Below are positions 47,928 through 56,830 of a DNA stretch of 64,000 bases, in pieces. The notes below the pieces were generated by a model. That model saw only the letters and a program-made list of their open reading frames with translations. It ran no database searches and had not been told where the DNA came from. The first letter of the stretch is position 1. Each line of letters starts with the position of its first letter. Source of the DNA: an uncultured Gammaproteobacteria bacterium (GTDB lineage: Bacteria; Patescibacteriota; Patescibacteriia; UBA10025; JAHIVO01); assembly GCA_964415025.1 (NCBI GenBank), contig CAYPXF010000005.1, forward strand, positions 1,484 through 65,483, read 5' to 3'. The translations under genes and the position numbers were made by a program.

Positions 47928-49394
47928 ATGCTTGGCATCGCATTGTTATTAATCGGTATTGCTGAAATACTACTCAGCATTTTTGTATTAAAAAAGGGTT
48001 ATCAAAAAATTACTAATCTGTTATTCTTTTTCTTTGCTTTCATTACGGGTGTCTGGGTGATATCTAATTATTTAATTGGTGTTACCGAAAATATTTTCTG
48101 GCTAAAAATGGCTTACGCTCTTGGCGCGTTAATATATTCAGCCAGTTTTATTTGGTTATTAAATTTTTTATACCCAAAAATAAAAAAAACGTGGCTCTGG
48201 CTTATATTCATTATAGCTATTATCTTTTCAATTTTATCATTAACTGATGAGTTAATAATTAAAAAGGCAACAAAATTTTATTTTGGTGGTTTCGAGGGTG
48301 AATTCGGTATTTTATTTACACCCTATCTGATTTTTGCGGCATTAATGACGGTTTTAAATATTTGGTTTGTAGTCCGCGGGACTAAAATAAATATTGGCCA
48401 GAAAAAGCTACAGTTGAAATATATTACTATAGGTTTTGTAACCTTTGGGCTGGGCGCATCCTTGGCTTCATTTATTATCCCCAGCCTTGGCTATAAAGAA
48501 TTTATTCCTCTTGATTCAATATTTTCATTACCATTACTACTAGCAATTAGCTATGCCATTATTAAATATAGGTTTTTAGACATCCGCTTCATCCTCCGCA
48601 AATCCTTCATCTATGTTGGTCTTGCCGTATTCGTCTTCTTCGCCTACTACTTCGCCCTATGGCTGGATAATACTTTGTTTGGCGGGTCATACAGCATTGG
48701 CGGGTATCTTTCGGCCATTGCCATCGCCCCCCTTTTTCTCCTGGGGTTTGGCTATGTGAGCCGTTGGCTCAAGCATATCGCCAACAAATACTTTTTCACC
48801 GGTCTGTATGATTATCAGGAAGTATTAGAAACCTTCGCCAAGAGAATATCCCAGACCATTGAGCTGGATGAGGCGGTGAATGTAGTAGTAGAAACCATCC
48901 AGGGTGCCATGCGGGTAGATAACATAGCCATTGCCTTGTCAGATCCATCACATAAGATGCCCTTCCTTCTTCACAGAGTCATCGGTTTTAATAAGGAGGA
49001 ATTGGAAAATATCTGTGACCGCCAGACATTCTGCTCCTACCTCCAATCAGCCAAAAAACCAATTGTCATAGACGAACTTTTATCTGCCTCAGAAACAAAA
49101 GATAATCCCCACCTTATAAAAGACGCTAAATATCTCAAAGACCTGGGCGTGGCATTAATCCTACCCTTGGTGGTCCAAGATAATGTTAACAGCGTCTGTA
49201 TTGTAGGCAGGAAAATAACCAAAGAAGCCTATACCAAAGAAGACATTGATCTATTAACCACTCTTTCCAACCAAGCCTCGGTGGCCATTGAAAACGCCCG
49301 TCTGTATCAAGAAGTGCAGGATTTCAACCAGAACCTCCAGCAAAAAGTGGAAGACCAGACTAGGGACATCAAAGAGGCTTGTTTAGTATATTAG
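47928..49394 (+). CDS. 7TM-GAF sensor lacking the kinase domains (truncated paralogue of 51019)
   Basis: Multi-TM N-terminus, YAIIKYRFLDIR junction, GAF ending AIENARLYQEV; stops just before HisKA. Confidence 0.85.
   Translation: MLGIALLLIGIAEILLSIFVLKKGYQKITNLLFFFFAFITGVWVISNYLIGVTENIFWLKMAYALGALIYSASFIWLLNFLYPKIKKTWLWLIFIIAIIFSILSLTDELIIKKATKFYFGGFEGEFGILFTPYLIFAALMTVLNIWFVVRGTKINIGQKKLQLKYITIGFVTFGLGASLASFIIPSLGYKEFIPLDSIFSLPLLLAISYAIIKYRFLDIRFILRKSFIYVGLAVFVFFAYYFALWLDNTLFGGSYSIGGYLSAIAIAPLFLLGFGYVSRWLKHIANKYFFTGLYDYQEVLETFAKRISQTIELDEAVNVVVETIQGAMRVDNIAIALSDPSHKMPFLLHRVIGFNKEELENICDRQTFCSYLQSAKKPIVIDELLSASETKDNPHLIKDAKYLKDLGVALILPLVVQDNVNSVCIVGRKITKEAYTKEDIDLLTTLSNQASVAIENARLYQEVQDFNQNLQQKVEDQTRDIKEACLVY
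48579..49378 (+). repeat. Direct repeat copy 1 (~800 bp; identical core 48638-49357)
   Basis: Matches 51697-52496 at offset 3118; mismatches confined to the edges by visual comparison. Confidence 0.95.
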
Positions 49395-49441
49395 GATATT
49401 AGGTTTTTGTGGTTAGTGTGCTTGGAAGTTAGTTGGTAGGT

Positions 49442-49499
49442 AAACTAGTGAAATATAGCCTAATTATATTGGAAAAATGGGGTTGCTTGGGGTATAATA
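49442..49499 (+). promoter_or_regulatory. Cassette promoter, copy 2
   Basis: 48/58 identity to 46638-46695; TATAAT -10. Confidence 0.8.
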
Positions 49500-49525
49500 G
49501 GGGTACTATAGAATAAATCAACGTT

Positions 49526-50353
49526 ATGTTTAAAGATTACTATATTAAACAATTAAGAATAAGAGGAAATGGAAAGTATAAATTGTTTGTACTGGAAAGC
49601 TTTAATGAATCAAAGAAACTATACAATATCCGAAATTTTATTTTACAAAATATTGATCAAATAATTAATGAGGGTTGGGGGAAATTTAGTAAAGATTTTA
49701 TTAGAAAACATATTATTTTTGCCAAGCGATTACTGGTATTAAGAAATGGGGAAAAAATTATAGCTATTGCCGCAGCTAGTGAAAAAAAAATCATTAATAA
49801 GGCTATGCTTTATTTAGAATTTACTGTAGTTCACCCCAACTTTAGGGGATTTAATCTTCTTTCTAAATTAAACTATATTTTGATTAGAGATGCTTTTCTA
49901 GGTAATTTATTTGTTAAGGGGGGGGGATTAAGTCTAGAAGTAATAACAATTACGCCCAATATGAGAGTGCTGGCGACTTTAGCAAAGGTCGCTAGTTTTA
50001 TTTACCCGAACCCTTTTGAGGCAGATGATAACGGTCGAATCTCGCAGGCAGATGATACAACATATAAAATTGCACAGGAAATTATTACGACGAGTGATGA
50101 TCCGAGTAGGCAAATTGAACGAGAGGGCCTAGTTCTTAAAGGTTCGTACAGAAATACCCCATGGCTTATACACGATCAGCCCCTACGACATTATAACGAA
50201 AATATAAATTTATTTTGTAAAAAATATATTGAATATGATAAAAGGAGCGATAAAGAATTCATTATTAGAGCAATAATTACTCCTAAAAGTTTTTTAAAAT
50301 TATTTTATAAGGTTTTCAAAAGACGCTTGTCTAATGGTAATGGGGAAAAATAA
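49526..50353 (+). CDS. GNAT-fold acyltransferase-like protein
   Basis: LYLEFTVVHPNFRG resembles GNAT motif A; the rest is unrecognised. Confidence 0.55.
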   Translation: MFKDYYIKQLRIRGNGKYKLFVLESFNESKKLYNIRNFILQNIDQIINEGWGKFSKDFIRKHIIFAKRLLVLRNGEKIIAIAAASEKKIINKAMLYLEFTVVHPNFRGFNLLSKLNYILIRDAFLGNLFVKGGGLSLEVITITPNMRVLATLAKVASFIYPNPFEADDNGRISQADDTTYKIAQEIITTSDDPSRQIEREGLVLKGSYRNTPWLIHDQPLRHYNENINLFCKKYIEYDKRSDKEFIIRAIITPKSFLKLFYKVFKRRLSNGNGEK

Positions 50354-50367
50354 TACTACGCTAAACT

Positions 50368-51009
50368 ATGAATAAAAAAAATTCTATAGAAAAAATAAGT
50401 GAGCAACAATTTGACAAGTGGGCGGTTAAATATGAAAAAGGTGTTTGGAATAAATATTTTACAAAAAGCATAAAACATGCAGTGCAATTAGCGAACATTC
50501 AAAAAACATCCAAGGTACTTGATTTGGGCTGTGGCACAGGCAAATTGAGTATTTTGTTAACAGAAAATCCATTTATAGAGCAGATAATTGGAATGGATAT
50601 TTCACAAAATATGATAAGGCAGGCAAAGTACAAACAGAAATATTTTAGACTTGGTGATAAAGTAAATTTTATGGTTGGAAATTCAAATAATCTTAATTTT
50701 GATAATGGCTACTTTGATTATGTATTCTGTCTTAATTCATTTCATCATTATCCCAGTCAAAGCAAAGTACTGGAAGAGGTTTTTAGAGTAATGAAAAGTG
50801 GAGGTCGGTTTATACTCCTGGATCCTTTTAGGGATAATATTTTACGAAAAACGTGGGCCGTGGCTTTAAAGAAAATTTTCAATGAAGATTACGCAGATTA
50901 CCAGACAAAGTCTGCTATTCAAGAAATGTTATTAAATTGTGGATTTCATAATTTACACCAAGAAACTTATTTATACTTTACATTGTTTACTATATCTGAA
51001 AAAAATTAA
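50368..51009 (+). CDS. Class I SAM-dependent methyltransferase
   Basis: VLDLGCGTG, GMDIS.NM, FD.V.C.NSFHHY, E..RV.K.GG. Confidence 0.92.
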   Translation: MNKKNSIEKISEQQFDKWAVKYEKGVWNKYFTKSIKHAVQLANIQKTSKVLDLGCGTGKLSILLTENPFIEQIIGMDISQNMIRQAKYKQKYFRLGDKVNFMVGNSNNLNFDNGYFDYVFCLNSFHHYPSQSKVLEEVFRVMKSGGRFILLDPFRDNILRKTWAVALKKIFNEDYADYQTKSAIQEMLLNCGFHNLHQETYLYFTLFTISEKN

Positions 51010-51018
51010 AATAAGCTT

Positions 51019-53262
51019 ATGGATATCTCTATTTTAATATTAGTCAGCGTCACTAATTTGACACTTGGTTATTTAACGATTCATCAAGGCATTAAAAAGA
51101 AAATAAATCTTATTTTTTTTCTCCTTACATTATTTATTATCCAGTGGTCGGTTTTTAATTATTTTGGCGATTATTTTGCCGAGGTCAGTATAAATGAAAA
51201 AGTTTCAACAATTTATACCAGACTAACATATTTAGCCAGCTCGATTATTGCTGGTCTTTTCTTTGTTTTTGTTATTTTTTTTCCACGACAGCGGAAAAAA
51301 CTTTCAAAGATGCTTACATCAGGATTAATAATTGCTAGCATTGTTGTTATTACATTATCATTCACCACCCACATGGTAGAAAAAGTTAACGTTGTTGACA
51401 GTCAAGTAAATGTTAGTACGGGGTCTTTATTTTTTATATTTATTATCTATTTCGCCGTATTAATGGTTTCTTCTTTTGTTATTCTTATCAGAAAATATAT
51501 TTTATCCGAGGGAATAGAAAAAATACAAATCCGCTATTTTTTCTTAGGAACGTTTTTAGCAACATTGTTTGCGTCAATAACTAATATTTTTATCCCTCTC
51601 TTGACAGGCAGTTTTCAGGCATCGCGATTTGGACCGTATTTCACATTATTTTTCGTTGCCTTCACCGCCTACGCCATCATCAAACACCGCTTTCTCGACA
51701 TCCGCTTCATCCTTCGCAAATCCTTCATCTACGTAGGATTGGCAGTTTTCGTCTCCTTCGCCTACTACTTCGCCCTATGGCTGGATAATACTTTGTTTGG
51801 CGGGTCATACAGCATTGGCGGGTATCTTTCGGCCATTGCCATCGCCCCCCTTTTTCTCCTGGGGTTTGGCTATGTGAGCCGTTGGCTCAAGCATATCGCC
51901 AACAAATACTTTTTCACCGGTCTGTATGATTATCAGGAAGTATTAGAAACCTTCGCCAAGAGAATATCCCAGACCATTGAGCTGGATGAGGCGGTGAATG
52001 TAGTAGTAGAAACCATCCAGGGTGCCATGCGGGTAGATAACATAGCCATTGCCTTGTCAGATCCATCACATAAGATGCCCTTCCTTCTTCACAGAGTCAT
52101 CGGTTTTAATAAGGAGGAATTGGAAAATATCTGTGACCGCCAGACATTCTGCTCCTACCTCCAATCAGCCAAAAAACCAATTGTCATAGACGAACTTTTA
52201 TCTGCCTCAGAAACAAAAGATAATCCCCACCTTATAAAAGACGCTAAATATCTCAAAGACCTGGGCGTGGCATTAATCCTACCCTTGGTGGTCCAAGATA
52301 ATGTTAACAGCGTCTGTATTGTAGGCAGGAAAATAACCAAAGAAGCCTATACCAAAGAAGACATTGATCTATTAACCACTCTTTCCAACCAAGCCTCGGT
52401 GGCCATTGAAAACGCCCGTCTGTATCAAGAAGTGCAGGATTTCAACCAGAACCTCCAGCAAAAAGTGGAAGACCAAACCAGGGACATCAAAGAGGCCAAC
52501 AAACGACTGGAAAAACTCCTGCAGATCCGTTCGGAATTTCTGGATATTGCCAGCCATCAATTAAGAACTCCTGTCTCCATGATCCGCGGGGTATTGTCCA
52601 TGATTAGGGAAGGGGATCTGGAAAAATTACCTAAAGCCAAACAGAAAAAATTTATTGAAAATGCTTGGGAAAAAGGGGCCAAGCTGGATACCATTATCAA
52701 CGACATCCTGGCCGCTTCGGAATTGGACACCCAGAAATTTCAGGTAGAGAAAGACACCCCGGCTATTCAGTTGGAAGACGTGGTTGATCAAGTGGTCAAA
52801 GAATCCCAGATGGAAGCGGAGCAGAGGAAGATAGAATTAAAATGGTACAAACCTAAAACCATTCTTCCCAAAATTCAAGGACATACCAAATTTTTAAATG
52901 AGGCCATTTCCAATCTGGTTAGTAATGCCTTGAAATATACCCCTTCAACTGAGATGGTAAAAGAGGCCAGAACTCAGCGTAAACAAAAAGGCGTGGTAGA
53001 AGTAGAGGTTGAGCAAAAGGATAATAATGTTGTGGTCAAAGTTAAAGATAACGGCATCGGCATTCCCAAAGATGAAATAAAAAATCTGTTCGACAAGTTC
53101 GCTCGTGCCTCCAATGCCACGGCCATGTATACGGACGGCTCGGGTCTCGGACTATTCATCGTTAAAGAGATCGTTGAAGGGCACAAAGGAAAAGTCTGGG
53201 TGGAGAGTGAGGAGGGTAAGGGGTCAACATTTTATGTTAGTTTGCCGGTGGCGAATGATTAG
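51019..53262 (+). CDS. 7TM-GAF-HisKA-HATPase sensor histidine kinase
   Basis: Multi-TM, GAF, ASHQLRTP H-box, NLVSNALKYT N-box, DNGIGIP, GSGLGL, GKGSTF. Confidence 0.95.
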   Translation: MDISILILVSVTNLTLGYLTIHQGIKKKINLIFFLLTLFIIQWSVFNYFGDYFAEVSINEKVSTIYTRLTYLASSIIAGLFFVFVIFFPRQRKKLSKMLTSGLIIASIVVITLSFTTHMVEKVNVVDSQVNVSTGSLFFIFIIYFAVLMVSSFVILIRKYILSEGIEKIQIRYFFLGTFLATLFASITNIFIPLLTGSFQASRFGPYFTLFFVAFTAYAIIKHRFLDIRFILRKSFIYVGLAVFVSFAYYFALWLDNTLFGGSYSIGGYLSAIAIAPLFLLGFGYVSRWLKHIANKYFFTGLYDYQEVLETFAKRISQTIELDEAVNVVVETIQGAMRVDNIAIALSDPSHKMPFLLHRVIGFNKEELENICDRQTFCSYLQSAKKPIVIDELLSASETKDNPHLIKDAKYLKDLGVALILPLVVQDNVNSVCIVGRKITKEAYTKEDIDLLTTLSNQASVAIENARLYQEVQDFNQNLQQKVEDQTRDIKEANKRLEKLLQIRSEFLDIASHQLRTPVSMIRGVLSMIREGDLEKLPKAKQKKFIENAWEKGAKLDTIINDILAASELDTQKFQVEKDTPAIQLEDVVDQVVKESQMEAEQRKIELKWYKPKTILPKIQGHTKFLNEAISNLVSNALKYTPSTEMVKEARTQRKQKGVVEVEVEQKDNNVVVKVKDNGIGIPKDEIKNLFDKFARASNATAMYTDGSGLGLFIVKEIVEGHKGKVWVESEEGKGSTFYVSLPVAND
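51697..52496 (+). repeat. Direct repeat copy 2 (identical core 51756-52475)
   Basis: Matches 48579-49378. Confidence 0.95.
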
Positions 53263-53360
53263 GCAGTTAGGTCTTAGTAATTTGGTAATAGGTTCAGAAA
53301 TTTGAAATTAGGTATTACTAAAATAAAAAATAAATAAAAATACTAAATTATTATGAATTT

Positions 53361-53564
53361 ATGGCTTTAATTAAAAAAGATTCAAAAACACTGGTTGATT
53401 ATATCAAAACTGAGATTGAACAGGCAGTAAGTAATGAAATCAAGCCTCTGTGTCAAGATATTAATGCGCATCAGAGCTCGGTGGATAAATATATTAAACA
53501 AACATAGGATTGGCATCAAGAGTTTATTGTTAGTAAAGGCATAGCCACTGAAAAAAAACTCTAA
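53361..53564 (+). pseudogene. Possible degraded small ORF with an in-frame TAG at 53505
   Basis: MALIKKDSK...SVDKYIKQT*DWHQEFIV...; the frame continues past the stop. Confidence 0.3.
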
Positions 53565-53580
53565 CCATAAAATTTCAACA

Positions 53581-53985
53581 ATGAAATTGAATAAAAAATC
53601 ATCTGATAAATTATGGGGTGAAACAGGCCCCTATTCACAAGTCAATCTTATCATGCAAGAAAGAATTCTTGATGATAAGGTAAGTCGCGTTTTCGCTATA
53701 GTTGAGGTGGAAATAAATCCATTGACTTTTGAAATTATCAAACAAAACAGGAAGGCGGACATTTTTAAAAATGACATAAAGATTCAACAATTGCTTGACA
53801 CCGCGGAATATAGAGGCATTGCCTTTGGTTATGTATCGTCAGCTTATGAAAAACAGTTAACTGGCCCAGAGATTATGAAAGAAGCGGAAAAGAGCCTTGA
53901 TTATACACGGAAAACCGTTATTAAGATGCATAAATTTGTGATGGATTTGTTGGATGTAGACAACAAAAAGCAAAAAGATAGATAG
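53581..53985 (+). CDS. Hypothetical protein
   Basis: 134-aa ORF with plausible composition. Confidence 0.7.
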   Translation: MKLNKKSSDKLWGETGPYSQVNLIMQERILDDKVSRVFAIVEVEINPLTFEIIKQNRKADIFKNDIKIQQLLDTAEYRGIAFGYVSSAYEKQLTGPEIMKEAEKSLDYTRKTVIKMHKFVMDLLDVDNKKQKDR

Positions 53986-54059
53986 AATTAACTAACGATC
54001 ATAACCTATTAACCTAAAACCTACCCCCTATAACCTAATCGCCTAATCCCTAAAACCTA

Positions 54060-54437
54060 ATGACTACAAAACCTAAAATACTTTTAATCGAAGACGATTC
54101 GGATCAAATATTTCTCTACCAAAGCAAATTTGAAATTGAGGGATTTGATTTTATTTCCAGTCGGGATGGTGATGCAGGCATTACCAAGGCCAAATCAGAA
54201 AAACCCGATTGCATCCTGTTGGACTTGGTGTTGATTAATGAAAGCGGAATTGAAGTGTTAGAAAAAATAAAAAAAGACCAAAATATTAAACATATACCGG
54301 TTATTATTCTCACCAATTTGGTGCAAAAAGATAACGAGCAAAAAGCTATAGAGTTAGGAGCCGCTGATTTTCTTATCAAAACAAATATGATGCCGTCGGA
54401 TGTGGTGAAGAGAGTTAGGAAGTTGTTAAAAATATAG
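54060..54437 (+). CDS. Single-domain response regulator (receiver)
   Basis: IEDD, LLDLVL, ILTNL, FLIK. Confidence 0.9.
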   Translation: MTTKPKILLIEDDSDQIFLYQSKFEIEGFDFISSRDGDAGITKAKSEKPDCILLDLVLINESGIEVLEKIKKDQNIKHIPVIILTNLVQKDNEQKAIELGAADFLIKTNMMPSDVVKRVRKLLKI

Positions 54438-54497
54438 TTAAGGTAGCTTGTTATTAAGCTATGATTTTTTGTATGATTAAATTTATATTTGAAGTGT

Positions 54498-54553
54498 TTG
54501 ACATTATTATATTAATAATGTATAATGGAAGTAAGATAAAGTATTACTTCCAT
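54498..54553 (+). promoter_or_regulatory. Consensus promoter with overlapping inverted-repeat operator for the AbiE-like pair
   Basis: TTGACA-17-TATAAT; atggaagtaa (54525-34) / ttacttccat (54544-53). Confidence 0.8.
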
Positions 54554-54566
54554 CAAATATATCTTT

Positions 54567-55139
54567 ATGGATAGTTTAATAACTATATTATATAGGTCTA
54601 GTAAGACTATTTTGACTAATAAGGATATTGCTTTGATGTGGGGAGAAACCCATCAAGGTAATCTTAAATCTAAAATTGCCTATTATGTTAAACGTGGATT
54701 TTTAATCCGTCTAACGAGAGGTGTATTTGCCAAGGATAAAAATTATAATCCAAAAGAATTAGCCACCAGCATATATACCCCTTCATATATTAGTTTTGAA
54801 ACCGTACTTCGGGAATCGGGAAATATTTTTCAACATTATGATACAATTTTTGTGGCTGGTCCGTGGCCACTGTCAAAAAAAATTAATAAATATGCTTTCA
54901 CATTCAGACGATTAAAAGACAGTGTATTATATAACGCCGCCGGGATTAAAAATGAAAATAATTACAGCATGGCAACCCCAGAGCGAGCTTTTTTGGATAT
55001 GATTTATTTATTCCCAAGATATTATTTTGATAATCTGGCGATGATTGATTGGCAAAAGTGCTTTGAACTGGTAAATATTTATGGTAACCAGCAGTTGACC
55101 AAACGGCTGGTAAAATATCAGCAACAATATGTTAAATAA
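54567..55139 (+). CDS. AbiEi-like type IV TA antitoxin
   Basis: LIRLTRGVF, PSYISFETVL, ATPERAFLD.IY. Confidence 0.85.
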   Translation: MDSLITILYRSSKTILTNKDIALMWGETHQGNLKSKIAYYVKRGFLIRLTRGVFAKDKNYNPKELATSIYTPSYISFETVLRESGNIFQHYDTIFVAGPWPLSKKINKYAFTFRRLKDSVLYNAAGIKNENNYSMATPERAFLDMIYLFPRYYFDNLAMIDWQKCFELVNIYGNQQLTKRLVKYQQQYVK

Positions 55140-55857
55140 AAATAAACACCAGTTAATTATGGGGCAGATTTTAAGGGACATTTATGCCGATGTTTCAATT
55201 TCTTCATTGTTAGGTTTAAAAGGTGATACCGGTGCATATTTTTTCTACAGCCTTTCTAGATTTTCGGTTGATTTAGATTTTGATTTGTTTTTTACTAACG
55301 AATCAACACAAAAGTTAATGTTTGAAAAAATCAAAAACATAACAAAGAAGTATGGTAAAATTAAAAATAGCTACATCAAAAGAAATACTATCTTTTCACT
55401 TCTTTCATACGGTGATACCGATCATAATATAAAAATAGAAATAAATACCAGAATGTTAATGCCAGACATCAGGCAATACTACGAGATGAAGGAATATTTG
55501 GGAATTTCTATGTTAGTCGGCAAAAAGGATTATATGTTTGCCAGCAAATTAGTCGCCTTAACAAATTGCCGTACCACAGCGATGCGTGATATTTACGATA
55601 TTTGGTATTTCGCCAAAAATAATTGGGATATCAGCGAGGAGGTAATTTTGACGAGAATCAAGAAGACCATTCCCGAGCATTTGGGCGACTGTATTTCGGT
55701 AATCGAAAAAATAAAAGACAATGAAATTTTACAAGGTCTGGGTGAACTTTTGAATGATAAAGAAAAGATATGGGTAAAAAAGAATTTGAGAAAAGATGTA
55801 ATATTTCATCTTAAAAATTATCAAACTGTATTAGCCCACCGCTCTGGCAATGAATGA
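55129..55857 (+). CDS. AbiEii-like nucleotidyltransferase toxin
   Basis: KGDT..RFSVDLDF, IKIEIN, K.AL, RDIYD; overlaps the antitoxin stop. Confidence 0.85.
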   Translation: MLNKNKHQLIMGQILRDIYADVSISSLLGLKGDTGAYFFYSLSRFSVDLDFDLFFTNESTQKLMFEKIKNITKKYGKIKNSYIKRNTIFSLLSYGDTDHNIKIEINTRMLMPDIRQYYEMKEYLGISMLVGKKDYMFASKLVALTNCRTTAMRDIYDIWYFAKNNWDISEEVILTRIKKTIPEHLGDCISVIEKIKDNEILQGLGELLNDKEKIWVKKNLRKDVIFHLKNYQTVLAHRSGNE

Positions 55858-55964
55858 AAAAATGCATTATAATAAAATAGCTATGAAAAAAATACTACTT
55901 TCCTTTCGGCAAGCTTAGGGTCAGTATACGGGGCAAGAGGTGGCGTTAAAAAACTATTAAGATT

Positions 55965-56348
55965 ATGAATAACAAAGCGAACAAAAAAACCATTCTGTTG
56001 ATTGAAGACGACCAAGATCAAATACTACTCTACCAGGCTAAATTTGAGCTGGAAGGATATGCATTTATCTCTGCGGAAAATGGTCAAAAAGGACTTGAAC
56101 TGGCCACCAAGGAAAAACCCAACCTCATATTGATTGACTTATTGATGGCCGGCATGGGTGGTATTGAAGTATTGGAGAAACTGAAAGACAATCCGGAAAC
56201 AAAGAACATCCCCGCGGTCATCGTCACCAACTTAGACAAGCAGGATTTAGCCAAAAAAGCTATGGCTTTGGGCGCCCAGGATTTCATCGTCAAATCCAGC
56301 GTACCACTGAGGGAAATGATGTCTCGGATAAAAGAGTTTCTGAAATAG
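55965..56348 (+). CDS. Single-domain response regulator (receiver)
   Basis: IEDDQDQI..YQAKF (paralogue of 54060), LIDLLM, VTNL, FIVK. Confidence 0.9.
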   Translation: MNNKANKKTILLIEDDQDQILLYQAKFELEGYAFISAENGQKGLELATKEKPNLILIDLLMAGMGGIEVLEKLKDNPETKNIPAVIVTNLDKQDLAKKAMALGAQDFIVKSSVPLREMMSRIKEFLK

Positions 56349-56363
56349 CTTTAATTAATATAT

Positions 56364-56392
56364 AAAAAAGCTCGCCATCCGGCGAGTTTTTT
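56364..56392. terminator. Bidirectional terminator between convergent receivers
   Basis: aaaaaagctcgcc-atcc-ggcgagtttttt. Confidence 0.8.
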
Positions 56393-56414
56393 GATTCCTG
56401 TAATTCTTATTTGT

Positions 56415-56825
56415 TTATTTCTTCGTTTTGTACTTTTTTATTAATCCCTCCATAATTTCCACCAGCTTTTCCGGTGTAGTCGTATATTTAACGATAAACG
56501 TATCAGCATGTAGCTGCTCGGCTTTGGTTTTGTATTCAGCGCTATCCCAGTTGGTGAGGATCATGACCGGCACCGGTTTGTAGTCTTTTTTCTTGCGGAA
56601 ATACTCCAGGATCATCCAGCATTCTGAATCGGGCAGTACTACGTCCAGGATTAACGCTTTAGGGTGCTCGTTCCGCAAGGCCAGCACGGCGGAAATTGCT
56701 GTCCGGGCCATGATCGGGGTGTATCCTTCAATAACGAATTTCTGCCGGAACATTTCTGACAGAAATTTATCATCTTCCACGAAGAGGATTTTGCCCTTGT
56801 TCGGTTTTTTACCTTTTTTTGGCAT
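56415..56825 (-). CDS. Divergent single-domain receiver
   Basis: VEDDKF, ILDVVLP, ILTNW, FIVK. Confidence 0.85.
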   Translation of the reverse strand: MPKKGKKPNKGKILFVEDDKFLSEMFRQKFVIEGYTPIMARTAISAVLALRNEHPKALILDVVLPDSECWMILEYFRKKKDYKPVPVMILTNWDSAEYKTKAEQLHADTFIVKYTTTPEKLVEIMEGLIKKYKTKK

Positions 56826-56830
56826 GTGGT

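Noticed and set aside
53505-53507. Stop-codon recoding (TAG or TGA read-through)
   Set aside because: TAG and TGA terminate conserved genes elsewhere in the window (e.g. gatA and the GT2), so a point mutation is simpler.
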